Shown: positions 20,111 to 31,572 of the stretch, one piece after another
How positions within the stretch are numbered: the first letter of the stretch is position 1
Layout: every line of letters begins with the position of its first letter
NCBI GenBank assembly: GCA_042408215.1
Contig: JAYFMW010000009.1
Coordinates: 1-33,840, forward strand
Reading direction: 5' to 3'
DNA from: Microcoleus sp.
GTDB taxonomy: Bacteria > Cyanobacteriota > Cyanobacteriia > Cyanobacteriales > Microcoleaceae
Length of the DNA: 33,840 nt
Notes under the pieces: model-generated
Database searches by the model: none
The model's input: the letters and a program-made list of their open reading frames with translations, nothing else
Told to the model about the DNA's origin: nothing
Program-made: the position numbers and the translations under genes

Positions 20111-21490
20111 ATGAAAAATACCAAAGATTACGACTTGTTAAGAAATGCTTTGCGTCAGCGCAGACAAAAACTGGCTAGTTTAATTGATTTTCCCACAATT
20201 CTCTGGTCTGGCAGCAGTATTTCTCGTAATTATCCAGCTCTGAAGTTCCCTTTTCGCGCCAGCAGTCACTTTCTCTATTTTGCGGGTTTGCCGTTAGAAA
20301 ATGCCGCGATTCGCTTAGAATCTGGCAAATTAGAACTGTTTTTAGATGACGCACTTCCTAGTAGCACACTTTGGCACGGGGAAATGCCGAAAAGATCGGA
20401 AATTGCGGAACTAATTGGGGCTGATGCTGCTTGGACAATGGCTGAGTTGAAATTGCGCTCGGCAAATGCAGCAACTATAGCTGTTCAAGATAGTTTGATT
20501 CAGTCGCAACAGTCACAAATTCTCGATCGCCCTTTGACACCATCTAAATCCCCCGCAGGTATTGACCTAGAACTCACCAAGGCAATTATATCACTTCGCC
20601 TCACCCACGATCCAGCAAGTTTGGCAGAATTACGAGCAGCGGCGGCTGTTACCGTAGAAACTCACAAAGCGGGAATGGCGGCCACTCGAACAGCTCAAAT
20701 TGAAGCGGGTGTTCGCGCTGCAATGGAAAGTGTGATTATCTCACAAAATATGACCTGTGCTTATCCAAGTATTGTCACCGTACATGGGGAAGTTCTGCAC
20801 AGCGAACATTATCACAATGCCCTACAAACAGGAGATTTGCTATTGGCAGATGTTGGTGCAGAAACATCAACGGGATGGGCTGCTGATGTGACTCGGACTT
20901 GGCCAGTTTCTGGTAAGTTTTCTCCAACTCAGCGAGCAATTTACGATGTGGTTTTGGCGGCTCATGATGCTTGCATAGATCGAATTTGTCCTGGTGTCGA
21001 GTATCGAGATATTCATCTTTTAGCTGCGAGAATCATGGCGGAAGGGTTGGTGGATTTGGGTATTTTGCGTGGCGATGTTGAAGATTTGGTAGAAATGGAT
21101 GCTCATGCACTATTTTTTGTTCACGGTATCGGACATTTAATTGGTTTGGATGTTCACGATATGGAAGATTTAGGCGATTTGGCTGGCTATGAAGCCGGGA
21201 GAGTTAGAAGCAGTCGTTTTGGTTTCGGATTCCTGCGGTTGAATCGAGTTTTACAAGTGGGAATGCTGGTATCGATCGAACCTGGATTTTATCAAGTTCC
21301 GGCTATTTTGAACAATCCAGAAACTCGGACAAAATATAAAGATTTCGTGAATTGGGAAAAACTAAGTAAATTTACAGATGTGCGGGGAATCAGGATTGAA
21401 GATGATATAGTGGTTACAGAGGGTGGCAGAGAAGTTTTGACAGCGAAATTGCCAACTAAGGCTTCGGAAATTGAGGGTTTGGTACGGTAA
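20111..21490 (+). CDS. pepP: Xaa-Pro aminopeptidase (M24B)
   Basis: LH, D.GAE, ADVTRT, HGIGH.IGLDVHD, IEPG.Y, GIRIEDD. Confidence 0.92.
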   Translation: MKNTKDYDLLRNALRQRRQKLASLIDFPTILWSGSSISRNYPALKFPFRASSHFLYFAGLPLENAAIRLESGKLELFLDDALPSSTLWHGEMPKRSEIAELIGADAAWTMAELKLRSANAATIAVQDSLIQSQQSQILDRPLTPSKSPAGIDLELTKAIISLRLTHDPASLAELRAAAAVTVETHKAGMAATRTAQIEAGVRAAMESVIISQNMTCAYPSIVTVHGEVLHSEHYHNALQTGDLLLADVGAETSTGWAADVTRTWPVSGKFSPTQRAIYDVVLAAHDACIDRICPGVEYRDIHLLAARIMAEGLVDLGILRGDVEDLVEMDAHALFFVHGIGHLIGLDVHDMEDLGDLAGYEAGRVRSSRFGFGFLRLNRVLQVGMLVSIEPGFYQVPAILNNPETRTKYKDFVNWEKLSKFTDVRGIRIEDDIVVTEGGREVLTAKLPTKASEIEGLVR

Positions 21491-21524
21491 ATGAGTAAGT
21501 ACAGATCGAATTAGCTCTGTACTT

Positions 21525-23228
21525 ATGCAGTTTCATCAGGTGGGGAAAAATCTAAAAAATATGAAGAAAGCTTGGGAAAGAGATTTTTTGAGGCTGTTCA
21601 AGCTGTTGGTTTTGCAAGTTAAAAAGTTAGTTGGGCACCGAGTCGATCGCACTTTTGAGCAACCTGTATCCTCTCCCCCACCGATGCAGGCTGCACCCTT
21701 GCCTATAAATGAAGCAGACAGGCTAAAAGCTCTTCAACGCTACAATATTCTGGACACAGATGCCGAAGCAGACTTTGACGATTTAACAGCTTTAGCATCC
21801 CACATTTGCGGCACTCCGATTGCTTTAGTTAGTTTAGTGGATGCTAATAGACAATGGTTTAAATCAAAAGTTGGTCTGGAAGCAATAGAAACTCCGAGAG
21901 AATTAGCATTTTGCGCTCACGCTATTTTAAACCCAAATGAATTGCTAGTTGTACCGAACACTATAGAAGACCCTCGTTTTGCTGGGAATCCCCTAGTAAC
22001 TTCTGACCCAAATATTCGATTTTATGCTGGAGCTCCGCTAGTAACTCCTGATGGTTTTCCCCTCGGCACTTTGTGTGCAATAGATACAGTACCTCGCCAA
22101 CTTAGTCCAGAACAGTTAGAAGCGCTGCGGATTTTAGGACGACAAGTAATCAGTCAAATGGAGTTGCGGATTAATCTAGTTAAGTTAAACCGAGCCGTCA
22201 AAAGGCATAAGCAAGTAGAAGCAAAGCTGCGGGCTTCTGACGAGCAAATAGTTAATTTTTTAGAAGGAATGACCGATGCTTTTTTGGCTCTTGACCCCCA
22301 ATGGGGAGTTACTTATGTTAATTACAAGGCCGCGAAACTTTTACATAGAAAGCCGGAAGAGATTTTTGGTAAAAATATATGGGACGAGTTACCAGGAGCA
22401 GTGAGGACGATATTTTACGATGAGTTCCACAGAGCTGTATCCCAACAATTTGGGGTGAATTTTGAACAATATTATCCTCCTTTAAAACGGTGGCTTGAAG
22501 TCCGGGCTTTTCCTTCTCACGATGGTCTTTCTGTGTTTTTTATCGACATTACAAGTCGCAAAAAGATGCAGTCAAAACTCAGAAAAGAACAGAAAAAAAC
22601 TGAGCGTTTGCTGCTGAATATTTTGCCGGAGGCGATCGCAACTAGGCTGAAGGGGAAGCCCGGGGTGATTGCCGACAAGTTTGATGATGCAACAATTCTT
22701 TTTGCTGACTTGGTGAATTTTACCCAATTTTCTACCACTATGTCAGCCACTAAATTAGTTTACTTGCTGAATGAAATTTTCTCAACTTTTGACTCCCTGA
22801 CCCAAAAGCACGGCTTAGAAAAAATTAAGACGATCGGGGACGCTTACATGGTAGCAGGTGGCATTCCGATTCAACGGCCAGATCACGCAGAGGCGATCGC
22901 CGAAATGGCCCTGGATATGCTAGCAGCAATTAAAGAATTAAATGTGAAGCTGAATGCGAACTTTGATCTCCGAATCGGGATTAATAGTGGCCCGGTAGTC
23001 GCGGGAGTAATTGGTACTAAAAAATTCAGTTACGATTTGTGGGGAAATGCTGTGAATACGGCTAGCCGCATGGAATCTCACGGTATAGCGGGCCGGATTC
23101 AAGTCAGCATCTATACTTACAATTTGTTGCAGGATCAATATGAATTTGAAGAGCGAGGACTGATTGAGATTAAAGGTAAAGGGCAAATGCAGACTTATCT
23201 GCTGTTGGGGAGAAAAAAATCAAGTTAG
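21525..23228 (+). CDS. GAF-PAS class III adenylate cyclase
   Basis: GAF ([10 protein letters not shown]), PAS, cyclase core [34 protein letters not shown]; start uncertain. Confidence 0.92.
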   Translation: MQFHQVGKNLKNMKKAWERDFLRLFKLLVLQVKKLVGHRVDRTFEQPVSSPPPMQAAPLPINEADRLKALQRYNILDTDAEADFDDLTALASHICGTPIALVSLVDANRQWFKSKVGLEAIETPRELAFCAHAILNPNELLVVPNTIEDPRFAGNPLVTSDPNIRFYAGAPLVTPDGFPLGTLCAIDTVPRQLSPEQLEALRILGRQVISQMELRINLVKLNRAVKRHKQVEAKLRASDEQIVNFLEGMTDAFLALDPQWGVTYVNYKAAKLLHRKPEEIFGKNIWDELPGAVRTIFYDEFHRAVSQQFGVNFEQYYPPLKRWLEVRAFPSHDGLSVFFIDITSRKKMQSKLRKEQKKTERLLLNILPEAIATRLKGKPGVIADKFDDATILFADLVNFTQFSTTMSATKLVYLLNEIFSTFDSLTQKHGLEKIKTIGDAYMVAGGIPIQRPDHAEAIAEMALDMLAAIKELNVKLNANFDLRIGINSGPVVAGVIGTKKFSYDLWGNAVNTASRMESHGIAGRIQVSIYTYNLLQDQYEFEERGLIEIKGKGQMQTYLLLGRKKSS

Positions 23229-23311
23229 GTCGTACAATTATCAAAGGAGCCAAATAAGATTATCCTAGAGACAGAGATATCCGAGCCATAATATGCGCGG
23301 TACTCGCCTAT

Positions 23312-24859
23312 TTGACACTCCCCGGTCTAAAGACACGGGGATTCTTAAGGACAAACTTTGGGGGATGAATCCGCCCAAAGTTTAATTCTTAAAGGGTTAG
23401 TCAGCAACCCGCTACCCACTCGCTCGATAATTGAGTCTATGGCTACTTTTGACTTTCTGATGATGTTGGCTGCACCATTAATATCTGCATTCAATATTAA
23501 TCCCTGAGCCGAACGGTACAACCCTCTCTTGATTCTTTTACCTGATGGTTGCCAATTGTCAGGTTTTTCACCGACTTTTACTGGCAAAATGTCTCGGTCT
23601 AAAAAACTTGCTTTTGATGTGTAAGATTCGTCTTGTTCGACAAATCGCCACCCCTTTAAGTCACATTCTTGTTGGAGTCTATCTTTGACTTTAGCAGTGG
23701 GTATTTGGACAAAATTCTGATTAGTCACGACCCCCATATTAACCTCTTGCTTCTCTCCCTTGTTCCAGCCAAAGACTAAGACGTTTATTTGGTTGTTTTC
23801 GCAATAATCTACGATGGTTCTAACTGCTTTATTAACAGCATCTCTCATCCTTATAGTGCGAATTTCCGACAACTGCTGCAATCTTTTTGACGAGAAACCT
23901 TTGGGCAATTTATGTATTGCGTGTTCTGATTGAACTCTCGCTTTTTCTTTGTTAAACCATTGGTTCCAAGACTTGAGTCTATGTCCATCAATGATGAAAG
24001 GTTTACCATTGCTAGAGACACAAGTTAACCAGTTGTTGATGCCGCGATCGATGCCCAGATCCCCTGTCACTTCCAAGCTGCAACTAGGGGCTTGTTCAGT
24101 CAGGGATTCGTGGACATATTCAACCCATACCGTACCATTTCTAGGGATTAACCTGAGTTCTTTGATCTGGCAATTCTTGATACGTTCAGGTAGCGGAACC
24201 CAAAGCGCATCTTTCCCAAAGTATTCTTTTCCTTTTTTCCCTAGGGGTAATCTGACTTTATTTCCAATTACCTTTAAGGCTTGACCTGGATATGAAACAG
24301 GGTGCATTCCCCCTTTGGTTCTGTACCTTGGTAGTCTCGGTTTTTGATGGATTTATCCTTGATTTGCCAACTTCTCTAAGGCTCGGAAAGAAGTAAAAGA
24401 TTCCGCGACAGATTTAATAGATTGTTGGGCAACTTGAGAGTATAGTAACCCATAATTTTCGTTGGTTTTGGCTATTTTATACAAATCTGGATATTTAACT
24501 GCGATTTGGTTCTTAAAGTATCGTTGCCGACTTTCGTAAGTTCCGACATTAAACAGATTATTTGACCATCTCAAGAGTTGTTCGACAAGGGTTTTGTCGA
24601 GTCCTTTTAAATGCCAAACATCTTTTTGTACTGCGTACATTGAAATTACTGGCTATGGTGACACTAGGTTTAGTATAGATCGTGAATTAACAAGTTAATT
24701 AATCCTCAACAAATCTTTACCTTGGTCTCAATTGCTAGAAGTATTTGTCCGGGGACGGTTAAACATTATGTTATATTGAAACTTACGAACAGGCAGGATA
24801 AATCCTGCCACGCCCTTTCATCCCTGGACTAAAGTCACAGGGTTTTCAGGGTATTTCTT
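23312..24859 (-). mobile_element. IS200/IS605 tnpB-only element, copy 1 (1548 bp)
   Basis: TTTAT 5' of the left end, right end hairpin ending TCAA; identity with copy 2 stops at these ends. Confidence 0.92.
23345..24640 (-). pseudogene. tnpB: TnpB with nonsense codon 96
   Basis: GAA in copy 2 is TAA here (24353-24355); both ORF halves share one frame; GIDRG, ESYTS and NAD motifs. Confidence 0.9.
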
Positions 24860-24895
24860 ATAAATACTAAGTTGAAATCCTCGGAGCCTTTGATA

Positions 24896-25879
24896 ATGGT
24901 TCAATTTCATATTCAAACAGATAGCGATATCCCAGCATCCACCCAACTGTTCAATCAAATCAGGTTTGCGATCGCCTCGCGACAGTTTCCGCCTGGCCAC
25001 CGCTTACCCAGCACCAGACAACTAGCCATGCAGACGGGTTTGCACCGCAACACCATCAGCAAAGTATACCGACAGCTAGAAAATACCGGACTCGTGGAAG
25101 CTCAAGCCGGATCGGGCATTTACGTCCGCGCCCAAGGCCACGAAGGAGGTAGCAAACTCAAATCTCCCATCCTGGAACAATATCCTCTGGCAAACAAGAT
25201 AGTGCAGGAAAGCCTTGACCTACTGCTGGGACAGGGCTGTACGCTCAACCAAGCCAGGGAATTATTTTTGACCGAAATTGACTGGCGTCTCCGGTGCAGT
25301 GCGCGAGTCGTCGTCACAGCCCCCACTGAGGACATCGGCGTGGGGGAGTTGATGGCGAAAGAACTCGAACAAGCTCTGCGTATCCCCATCCAGTTAGTAC
25401 CGATGGAAGATTTGGGTACTTTTCTCGATCAAATCTCTTCTGGAACTGTGATCACGAGCCGCTATTTTATCGGACAAGCTGAATCGATTTCGGCATCTCG
25501 TTCGGTGCGAGTTATTCCCGTGGACATCTATGATTATGTTCAGGAGATCAAGTTAGTCGGGGATTTGCCGAAAGATAGTTATTTGGGTTTAGTCAGTCTG
25601 AGCCCTGGAATGCTGCGATCGACTGAAGTGATTATCCACAGTCTCCGGGGAGAGGATTTGCTGGTGATGACGGCGCTGCTGTCAGACAAGTACAAAATTA
25701 ACTCGATCGTGCGATCGGCTAGAACAATTTTTTGCGACCAACCGAGTTTTGCTACAGTAAAAGCTGCCATCAATGCGGCTAGAGAGGATATTATTCGTCC
25801 CCCACAACTGGTATGCTCCGAAAATTATATCGGCTCTAAGTCGATTAATTTGCTCAAGCGCGAGTTGGGATTGGGATAA
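24896..25879 (+). CDS. plmA: GntR-family regulator PlmA
   Basis: MVQFHIQTDSDIPASTQL...LPSTRQLAMQTGLHRNT; ends LLKRELGLG. Confidence 0.88.
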   Translation: MVQFHIQTDSDIPASTQLFNQIRFAIASRQFPPGHRLPSTRQLAMQTGLHRNTISKVYRQLENTGLVEAQAGSGIYVRAQGHEGGSKLKSPILEQYPLANKIVQESLDLLLGQGCTLNQARELFLTEIDWRLRCSARVVVTAPTEDIGVGELMAKELEQALRIPIQLVPMEDLGTFLDQISSGTVITSRYFIGQAESISASRSVRVIPVDIYDYVQEIKLVGDLPKDSYLGLVSLSPGMLRSTEVIIHSLRGEDLLVMTALLSDKYKINSIVRSARTIFCDQPSFATVKAAINAAREDIIRPPQLVCSENYIGSKSINLLKRELGLG

Positions 25880-25883
25880 GTTA

Positions 25884-26030
25884 GTTGACAGTTGACAGTT
25901 GACAGTTGACAGTTGGCAGTTGGCAGTTGGCAGTTGTTATTTGTTGTTTGTGATTTGTTGTTCTAATTTCCAATAACCAATTCCCAATTCTCAATTCCCA
26001 ATTCCCGATTACCGATTCCCGATTACCAAT
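25884..26030. repeat. Heptamer STRR blocks
   Basis: (GTTGACA/GTTGGCA)n, then (TTCCCAA/TTCCCGA)n. Confidence 0.85.
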
Positions 26031-26035
26031 CATTT

Positions 26036-27931
26036 ATGACAGTAGCATCCCGACAAAGCAACGCCAAAATTCTCGAATTAAAGTTGCAAAAGCACTTACA
26101 AGCAGCCGGATTTAAAGATTTGCCACTTTATATAAGTTGCGATTTTCGAGAATCATCTTTAACGGTTGTGGGAGAACACCCACGCAGTTTAGTTCTCAAA
26201 GCCAAACCGACTTTTGCTGTCCTAGAAGCAGCTATTCTGGAAATCGAACCGAAAGCTATTCAACAAATCGGACTTTGCCTAAAAATAACTGGGCAAAAAC
26301 AGCCTTACGCTTTCCATTCCTTTACCATGCACAATCCTGTTTTGTCAAGACCAAGAACAGTGGAAGTGCGAAAAAAACCTGTTGAGATACCGGCAGCAGC
26401 AGAGGGTAAAGAAGAGGGTATTGTGTTAGCAGCAACTGCGGCGGATGTGGCGGATGAGGTGCCGTTAGAAAAGGACGATCGAGATGCGGGAGTTCCAGAA
26501 TATTTTCCCGATTTGTCTGAAAGTCCCAGCTATTCGGAGCCGATCGCATTTAAAGCAGCAGCAATGTCGGCAGATATTGCTCAAAATCCCTTCGATCCGC
26601 TGGATTTGGAACCAGTGGTGACTGTCACCAAAAAACCTCAGCATTCGCCGTTGGTGCTCCTGTCTGTAGCTGGGATAGTTACTGTAGTCAGCGTAATTTT
26701 GGCCAGCGGTTTTTCTGTGCTGAGCCGCCCTTGCGTCATCGGAGAATGCACTGCATTGGATAATGCCAAACAGTTAAGTCAGAATTCGGCGAATACTCTG
26801 AGAACCTCAAAAGTTTCCAATACTCCCCTGGAAGCGCAAGAGCAATTAAAACAGGCGATCGCACTTTTAAAACCGATCCCATCTTGGTCGAGGCATTACG
26901 CTGTGGCGCAAAATGCCCTCGAAACTTACCAGGAGCAAAGTCAGAATTTAAACTCTGCGGTGGATGCGGCGCAACTGGCAGCAAAAGCCGCCCAAAAGAC
27001 TCAAAAGCCACCTCATTCTGCCGAGAGTTGGCAGTCAGCGCAAAAATTATGGGAAAGTGCGATCGGGCAACTCGAAGAAATCCCCAAAGACAGCCCAGCT
27101 TATCCATTTGCTAAGAGAAAGTTAAAGGAATACCGGACAAATTTAGCAAGTGCAAATCGGCAATTAAGCACAGAGCAAAAAGCCGAAAACCAACTGGTTG
27201 CTGCCAAAAATACAGCCCAAATAGCAGAAGCTCTCGCAGTAGTAGCTAAGTCAGCCGACAGTTGGGAAAAAGTGCAAGCAAATTGGGAAAAATCCATCGA
27301 AACGCTATCAGAAATTCCCACAGATACAAAAGCTTACCAGCAAGCTAAAGTGCTGAGTTCTAAATACGAAACCAGACTTTCACAAGCCAGCGATCGAAAA
27401 AATGTCGAAGGAATTGCCGAAGATGCCTACACTCAAGCAGTTACTTTAGCAGCTCAAGCGAAAATTTTCGAGGAGCGAAACGCTTGGTTTCAAGCATCAG
27501 AAAACTGGCGTCGAGCTTTGAGTTATGCATCCCAAGTACCTGTGGCAACTTCTTATTCCCAGAAAGCTAATCCCTTGATTAGTGCCTACAAAACTTCATT
27601 GCAGCAAGCAGAAGTTAAGTTGGAGGAAGACAGAAACTTGCAAAAAGCCCGCACTGATTTAGATAGAACTTGCAAGGGAAACCCCAAGATTTGCGACTAT
27701 ACTGTTAGCAAAGATTTGATTGCGGTGCAGATGACTCCAGATTATGTGCAGAAACTGCAACAAACTTTCATCCAAGCGGAAAACACCAATGCTACCAAGA
27801 CTCGCCAAGCTGTAGAAAAGCACGTTGAAACTCTGCAAAAAGCCTTGGAGGCGATCGGCGATAACGCCAATATTCCCATGCAAGTATACGATGGCGAAGG
27901 CAAGCGGATTGGCACTAAAACGCCAAATTAG
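26036..27931 (+). CDS. Membrane-anchored hypothetical protein with helical (TPR-like) repeats
   Basis: One TM segment; repeated W..AI..L..IP...AY..A...L..Y units. Confidence 0.8.
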   Translation: MTVASRQSNAKILELKLQKHLQAAGFKDLPLYISCDFRESSLTVVGEHPRSLVLKAKPTFAVLEAAILEIEPKAIQQIGLCLKITGQKQPYAFHSFTMHNPVLSRPRTVEVRKKPVEIPAAAEGKEEGIVLAATAADVADEVPLEKDDRDAGVPEYFPDLSESPSYSEPIAFKAAAMSADIAQNPFDPLDLEPVVTVTKKPQHSPLVLLSVAGIVTVVSVILASGFSVLSRPCVIGECTALDNAKQLSQNSANTLRTSKVSNTPLEAQEQLKQAIALLKPIPSWSRHYAVAQNALETYQEQSQNLNSAVDAAQLAAKAAQKTQKPPHSAESWQSAQKLWESAIGQLEEIPKDSPAYPFAKRKLKEYRTNLASANRQLSTEQKAENQLVAAKNTAQIAEALAVVAKSADSWEKVQANWEKSIETLSEIPTDTKAYQQAKVLSSKYETRLSQASDRKNVEGIAEDAYTQAVTLAAQAKIFEERNAWFQASENWRRALSYASQVPVATSYSQKANPLISAYKTSLQQAEVKLEEDRNLQKARTDLDRTCKGNPKICDYTVSKDLIAVQMTPDYVQKLQQTFIQAENTNATKTRQAVEKHVETLQKALEAIGDNANIPMQVYDGEGKRIGTKTPN

Positions 27932-28083
27932 CCGGGAATTGATTGGTTATTAACGGGTTCCCAGGCAGCTCCTGGGAACGAATACATCGTTATTAAATCA
28001 GTCCGCGCTTGAGTGGACTTCGTTTGTGTAGAAGCGATTTCAATCGCCGAGTTTTAGCAAGGGTTTTTAACCAAGATTTAGTA

Positions 28084-28704
28084 TTACTCCGCAATCAATC
28101 CAGCTTGAAAAATTTGTTGCGCCGTCAAATTCAACTCTGGGAAAGTTGGCGACTCAATTTTCTCATCTCCCCGAAACAAACTCACCTCGTACTCGCCGTC
28201 AACCAACCGATAAATCGAGATAGTCGGTTGCTTAGGATTACCAATAAACCTGCGGCCGCCCAAACCGAGATAATCCACAATCCAGTATTCAGGAATCCCG
28301 ATTAATTCGTATTCGCCTACTTTTCTGATGTAGTCATCTTGCCAATTCGTGCTAACGACTTCGACAAGGAGCGGAATTGATGCTCCTTGAGTCACAGTTG
28401 AGAACTTTTTCCACAGAGGTTCTGATGCTAAATTTGGGCGATTTAAGATCGGAATATCGGGCGAATAAGCTGATTCGTTTTCTGGTGGCTTAACTAAGGC
28501 TTGTCCGGGGATGAAGTACGGAAGGTTTAGCATTCTAAACTCAGCGGTTAACTCTGAGGCTAAAAAACCGATGACTTCTTCATGGTCTCCTAATGGCTGT
28601 GACATTTCAACAATCTCTCCGTTGTGCAGTTCATAGCGTCCGTTTTCTGGCTTCCATTCCGCAAATTCTGCAAAAGTTAGCGGTTTAGTTGCTGTTTGAA
28701 TCAT
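28084..28704 (-). CDS. Uma2-family endonuclease-fold protein
   Basis: YELHNGEIVEM, VEVVSTNW, GIPEYWIVD; AGGAG RBS before 28704. Confidence 0.9.
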   Translation of the reverse strand: MIQTATKPLTFAEFAEWKPENGRYELHNGEIVEMSQPLGDHEEVIGFLASELTAEFRMLNLPYFIPGQALVKPPENESAYSPDIPILNRPNLASEPLWKKFSTVTQGASIPLLVEVVSTNWQDDYIRKVGEYELIGIPEYWIVDYLGLGGRRFIGNPKQPTISIYRLVDGEYEVSLFRGDEKIESPTFPELNLTAQQIFQAGLIAE

Positions 28705-28902
28705 GGCTATTTCTCCTGAATTATGGCCGGGCGGGCTAGAATCCCACCCCACAAAAAAGTGAACTCTTGTGGAACAGGCATCTTGCCTGTTATTGAAAAT
28801 AGTCCCAAATGTAAGTTCATACCTACATTATATTACCAATTACGAATTACGAATTACGAATTCCCAATTCCCAAGGCCCAATGCCCAATTCCCTATGCCC
28901 CA

Positions 28903-29682
28903 TTACCATTTAATCAACTGTGCATCTTGATTAAAAAACCTGCGACACAATCCCTCAGTCAACAACAAAGTTGAAATTAAAGTTGCCAGTGCTAACACAA
29001 ACATAATCAAAATCTGGTAAGATGCTGCATCAAGAGGAGAGACACCGCTGAGCATTTGACCTGTCATCATACCGGGCAAAGTCACGATTCCTACGACGGT
29101 CATTGTATTTAAAGTCGGGATTAATCCAGCTTTAATTGCATCTTTGCGATACTGCTTTACTGCTTGCTGCGGAGTTGAACCTAAACTCAAATGAGTTTCT
29201 ATTTCCAACTGGCTGGAATTCACTGTGCTAACGAGTCTTTCGCCGGCGATCGCCCCGGAATTCATGGCATTTCCTAATATCATCCCCGCTAAAGGAATCA
29301 GGTATTGTGGCTCGTACCAAGGCTGAGGTTGCAAAATTAACAAATTTGTATAGGCCAAAGTCAAGGCTGTACTTATAAAAATTGAACCCCAAACTAAGGG
29401 CAGTAAATTTTTAATTTTTTTGCTAATTCTGTTGCTGCTAACCACGCTAGCTGTTGTCAGCATTACTGCTAACACTGCTAAGACTAGCCAAGGATTTTTA
29501 GCATTGGGGTCAAATATGACTGCGAGCACGTAGCCGACTAAAATTAACTGGATCAGGGTGCGCCCCGCGGCGATCGCGATCGACCCCTCCAATCCCAATC
29601 CCTGCCAAGCCGAAAGCCCGATCGCGATCGCCACCATCCCCAAAGCCCAACCCAAATCCGTAAAATCTAGCAGAATTAACAC
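28903..29682 (-). CDS. fetB: UPF0014 / FetB ABC permease
   Basis: IPLAGMILGNAMN, VGIVTLPGMMTGQML, YQILI. Confidence 0.88.
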   Translation of the reverse strand: MLILLDFTDLGWALGMVAIAIGLSAWQGLGLEGSIAIAAGRTLIQLILVGYVLAVIFDPNAKNPWLVLAVLAVMLTTASVVSSNRISKKIKNLLPLVWGSIFISTALTLAYTNLLILQPQPWYEPQYLIPLAGMILGNAMNSGAIAGERLVSTVNSSQLEIETHLSLGSTPQQAVKQYRKDAIKAGLIPTLNTMTVVGIVTLPGMMTGQMLSGVSPLDAASYQILIMFVLALATLISTLLLTEGLCRRFFNQDAQLIKW

Positions 29683-29724
29683 AAGCGCTCCCTTTCGATC
29701 AAGTGATTATTTGCCTGTCCAAAT

Positions 29725-29925
29725 TTGACACTCCCCCACAAGAAGGCGTGGGGATTCTTAATTCATCGACTGACCTTTCAGCGCTATGTCCTGATGGCAA
29801 TTCTTAAACCTTTCAACCGTACAACAGTACCAATTGACGAGCCTAACTCACAGCAACCCAGAGGGTCTATCTCCACTCATCGTATGCTTGATATGAACAA
29901 GCAAGTTCGGGTATGCCCTACCCTA
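29725..29925 (-). ncRNA. Putative TnpB omegaRNA scaffold of the mini-element
   Basis: GTAGGGTAGGGCATACCCGAAC...GGAGATAG...GTCGATGAATTAAGAATCCCC...TCAA resembles tnpB 3' ends. Confidence 0.6.
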
Positions 29926-30024
29926 CTTAACAAATCAACTAAATTATTTGTTTTCTGGTAAAGAGAATGCGTTGATTCTCTAGCTGTATAGCGAGTTTTC
30001 GCCGCTCTGTGTCCAACAATTTAT

Positions 30025-31572
30025 AAGAAATACCCTGAAAACCCTGTGACTTTAGTCCAGGGATGAAAGGGCGTGGCAGGATTTATCCTGCCTGTTCGTA
30101 AGTTTCAATATAACATAATGTTTAACCGTCCCCGGACAAATACTTCTAGCAATTGAGACCAAGGTAAAGATTTGTTTAGGATTAATTAACTTGTTAATTC
30201 ACGATATATACTAAACCTAGTGTCACAATAGCCAGTAAGTTAAATGTACGCAGTACAAAAAGATGTTTGGCATTTAAAAGGACTCGACAAAACCATTGTC
30301 GAACAACTACTAAGATGGTCAAATAATCTGTTTAATGTCGGAACTTACGAAAGTCGGCAACAATACTTTACAAACCAAATCGCAGTTAAATATCCAGATT
30401 TGTATAAAATAGCTAAAACCAACGAAAATTACGGGTTGCTATACTCTCAAGTTGCCCAGCAATCTCTTAAATCTGTTGCGGAATCTTTTACTTCTTTCCG
30501 AGCTTTAGAGAAGTTGGCAAATCAAGGAGAAATCCATCAAAAACCGAGACTACCAAGGTACAGAACCAAAGGGGGAATGCACCCTGTTTCATATCCCGGT
30601 CAAGCATTAAAGGTAATTGGAAATAAAGTCAGATTACCCCTGGGGAAAAAAGGAAAAGAATACTTTGGGAAAGATGCGATTTGGGTGCCGCTACCTGAAC
30701 GTATCAAGAATTGCCAGATCGAAGAACTCAGGTTAATCCCTAGGAATGGTGAGGTCTGGGTCGAATATGTCCACGAATCTCTGACTGAACAAGCCCCTAG
30801 TTGTAGCTTGGAAGTGACAGGGGTTCTGGGAATAGATCATGGCATCAATAACTGGTTAACTTGTGTCTCTAGCAATGGTAAACCTTTCATCATTGATGGA
30901 CATAGACTCAAGTCTTGGAACCAATGGTTTAACAAAGAAAAAGCGAGAATTCAATCAGAACACGTAATACATAAATTGCCCAAAGGTTTCTAGTCAAAAA
31001 GATTGCAGCAGTTGTCGGAAATTCGCACTATAAGGATGAGAGATGCTGTTAATAAAGCAGTTAGAACCATCGTAGATTATTGCGAAAACAACCAAATAAA
31101 CGTCTTAGTCTTTGGCTGGAACAAGGGACAGAAGCAAGAGGTTAATATGGGGGTCGTGACTAATCAGAATTTTGTCCAAATACCCACTGCTAAAGTCAAA
31201 GATAGACTCCAACAAGAATGTGACTTAAAGGGGTGGCGATTTGTCGAACAAGACGAATCTTACACATCAAAAGCAAGTTTTTTAGACCGAGACATTTTGC
31301 CAGTAAAAGTCGGTGAAAAACCTGACAATTGGCAACCATCGGGTCAAAGAATCAAAAGAGGATTGTACTGTTCTAGCGCTGGGTTGTTAATCAATGCAGA
31401 CGTTAACGGTGCAGCTAATATCATTAGAAAATCAAAAGTAGCCATAGACTTAATTATTGAGCGAGTGGGTAGTGGGTTGCTGACTAATCCTTTGAGAATT
31501 AAACTTTGGGCGGATTCATCCCCCAAAGTTTGTCCTTAAGAATCCCCGTGTCTTTAGACCGGGGAGTGTCAA
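30025..31572 (+). mobile_element. IS200/IS605 tnpB-only element, copy 2 (1548 bp)
   Basis: TTTAT at 30020-30024; TCAA end at 31572; near-identical to copy 1. Confidence 0.92.
30244..31539 (+). pseudogene. tnpB: TnpB with nonsense codon 250
   Basis: TCG in copy 1 is TAG here (30991-30993); the frame continues to 431 codons. Confidence 0.9.

Noticed and set aside
23312..31572. Composite transposon bounded by the two TnpB copies
   Set aside because: Each copy has its own TTTAT site and independent flanks, and the enclosed genes look chromosomal.
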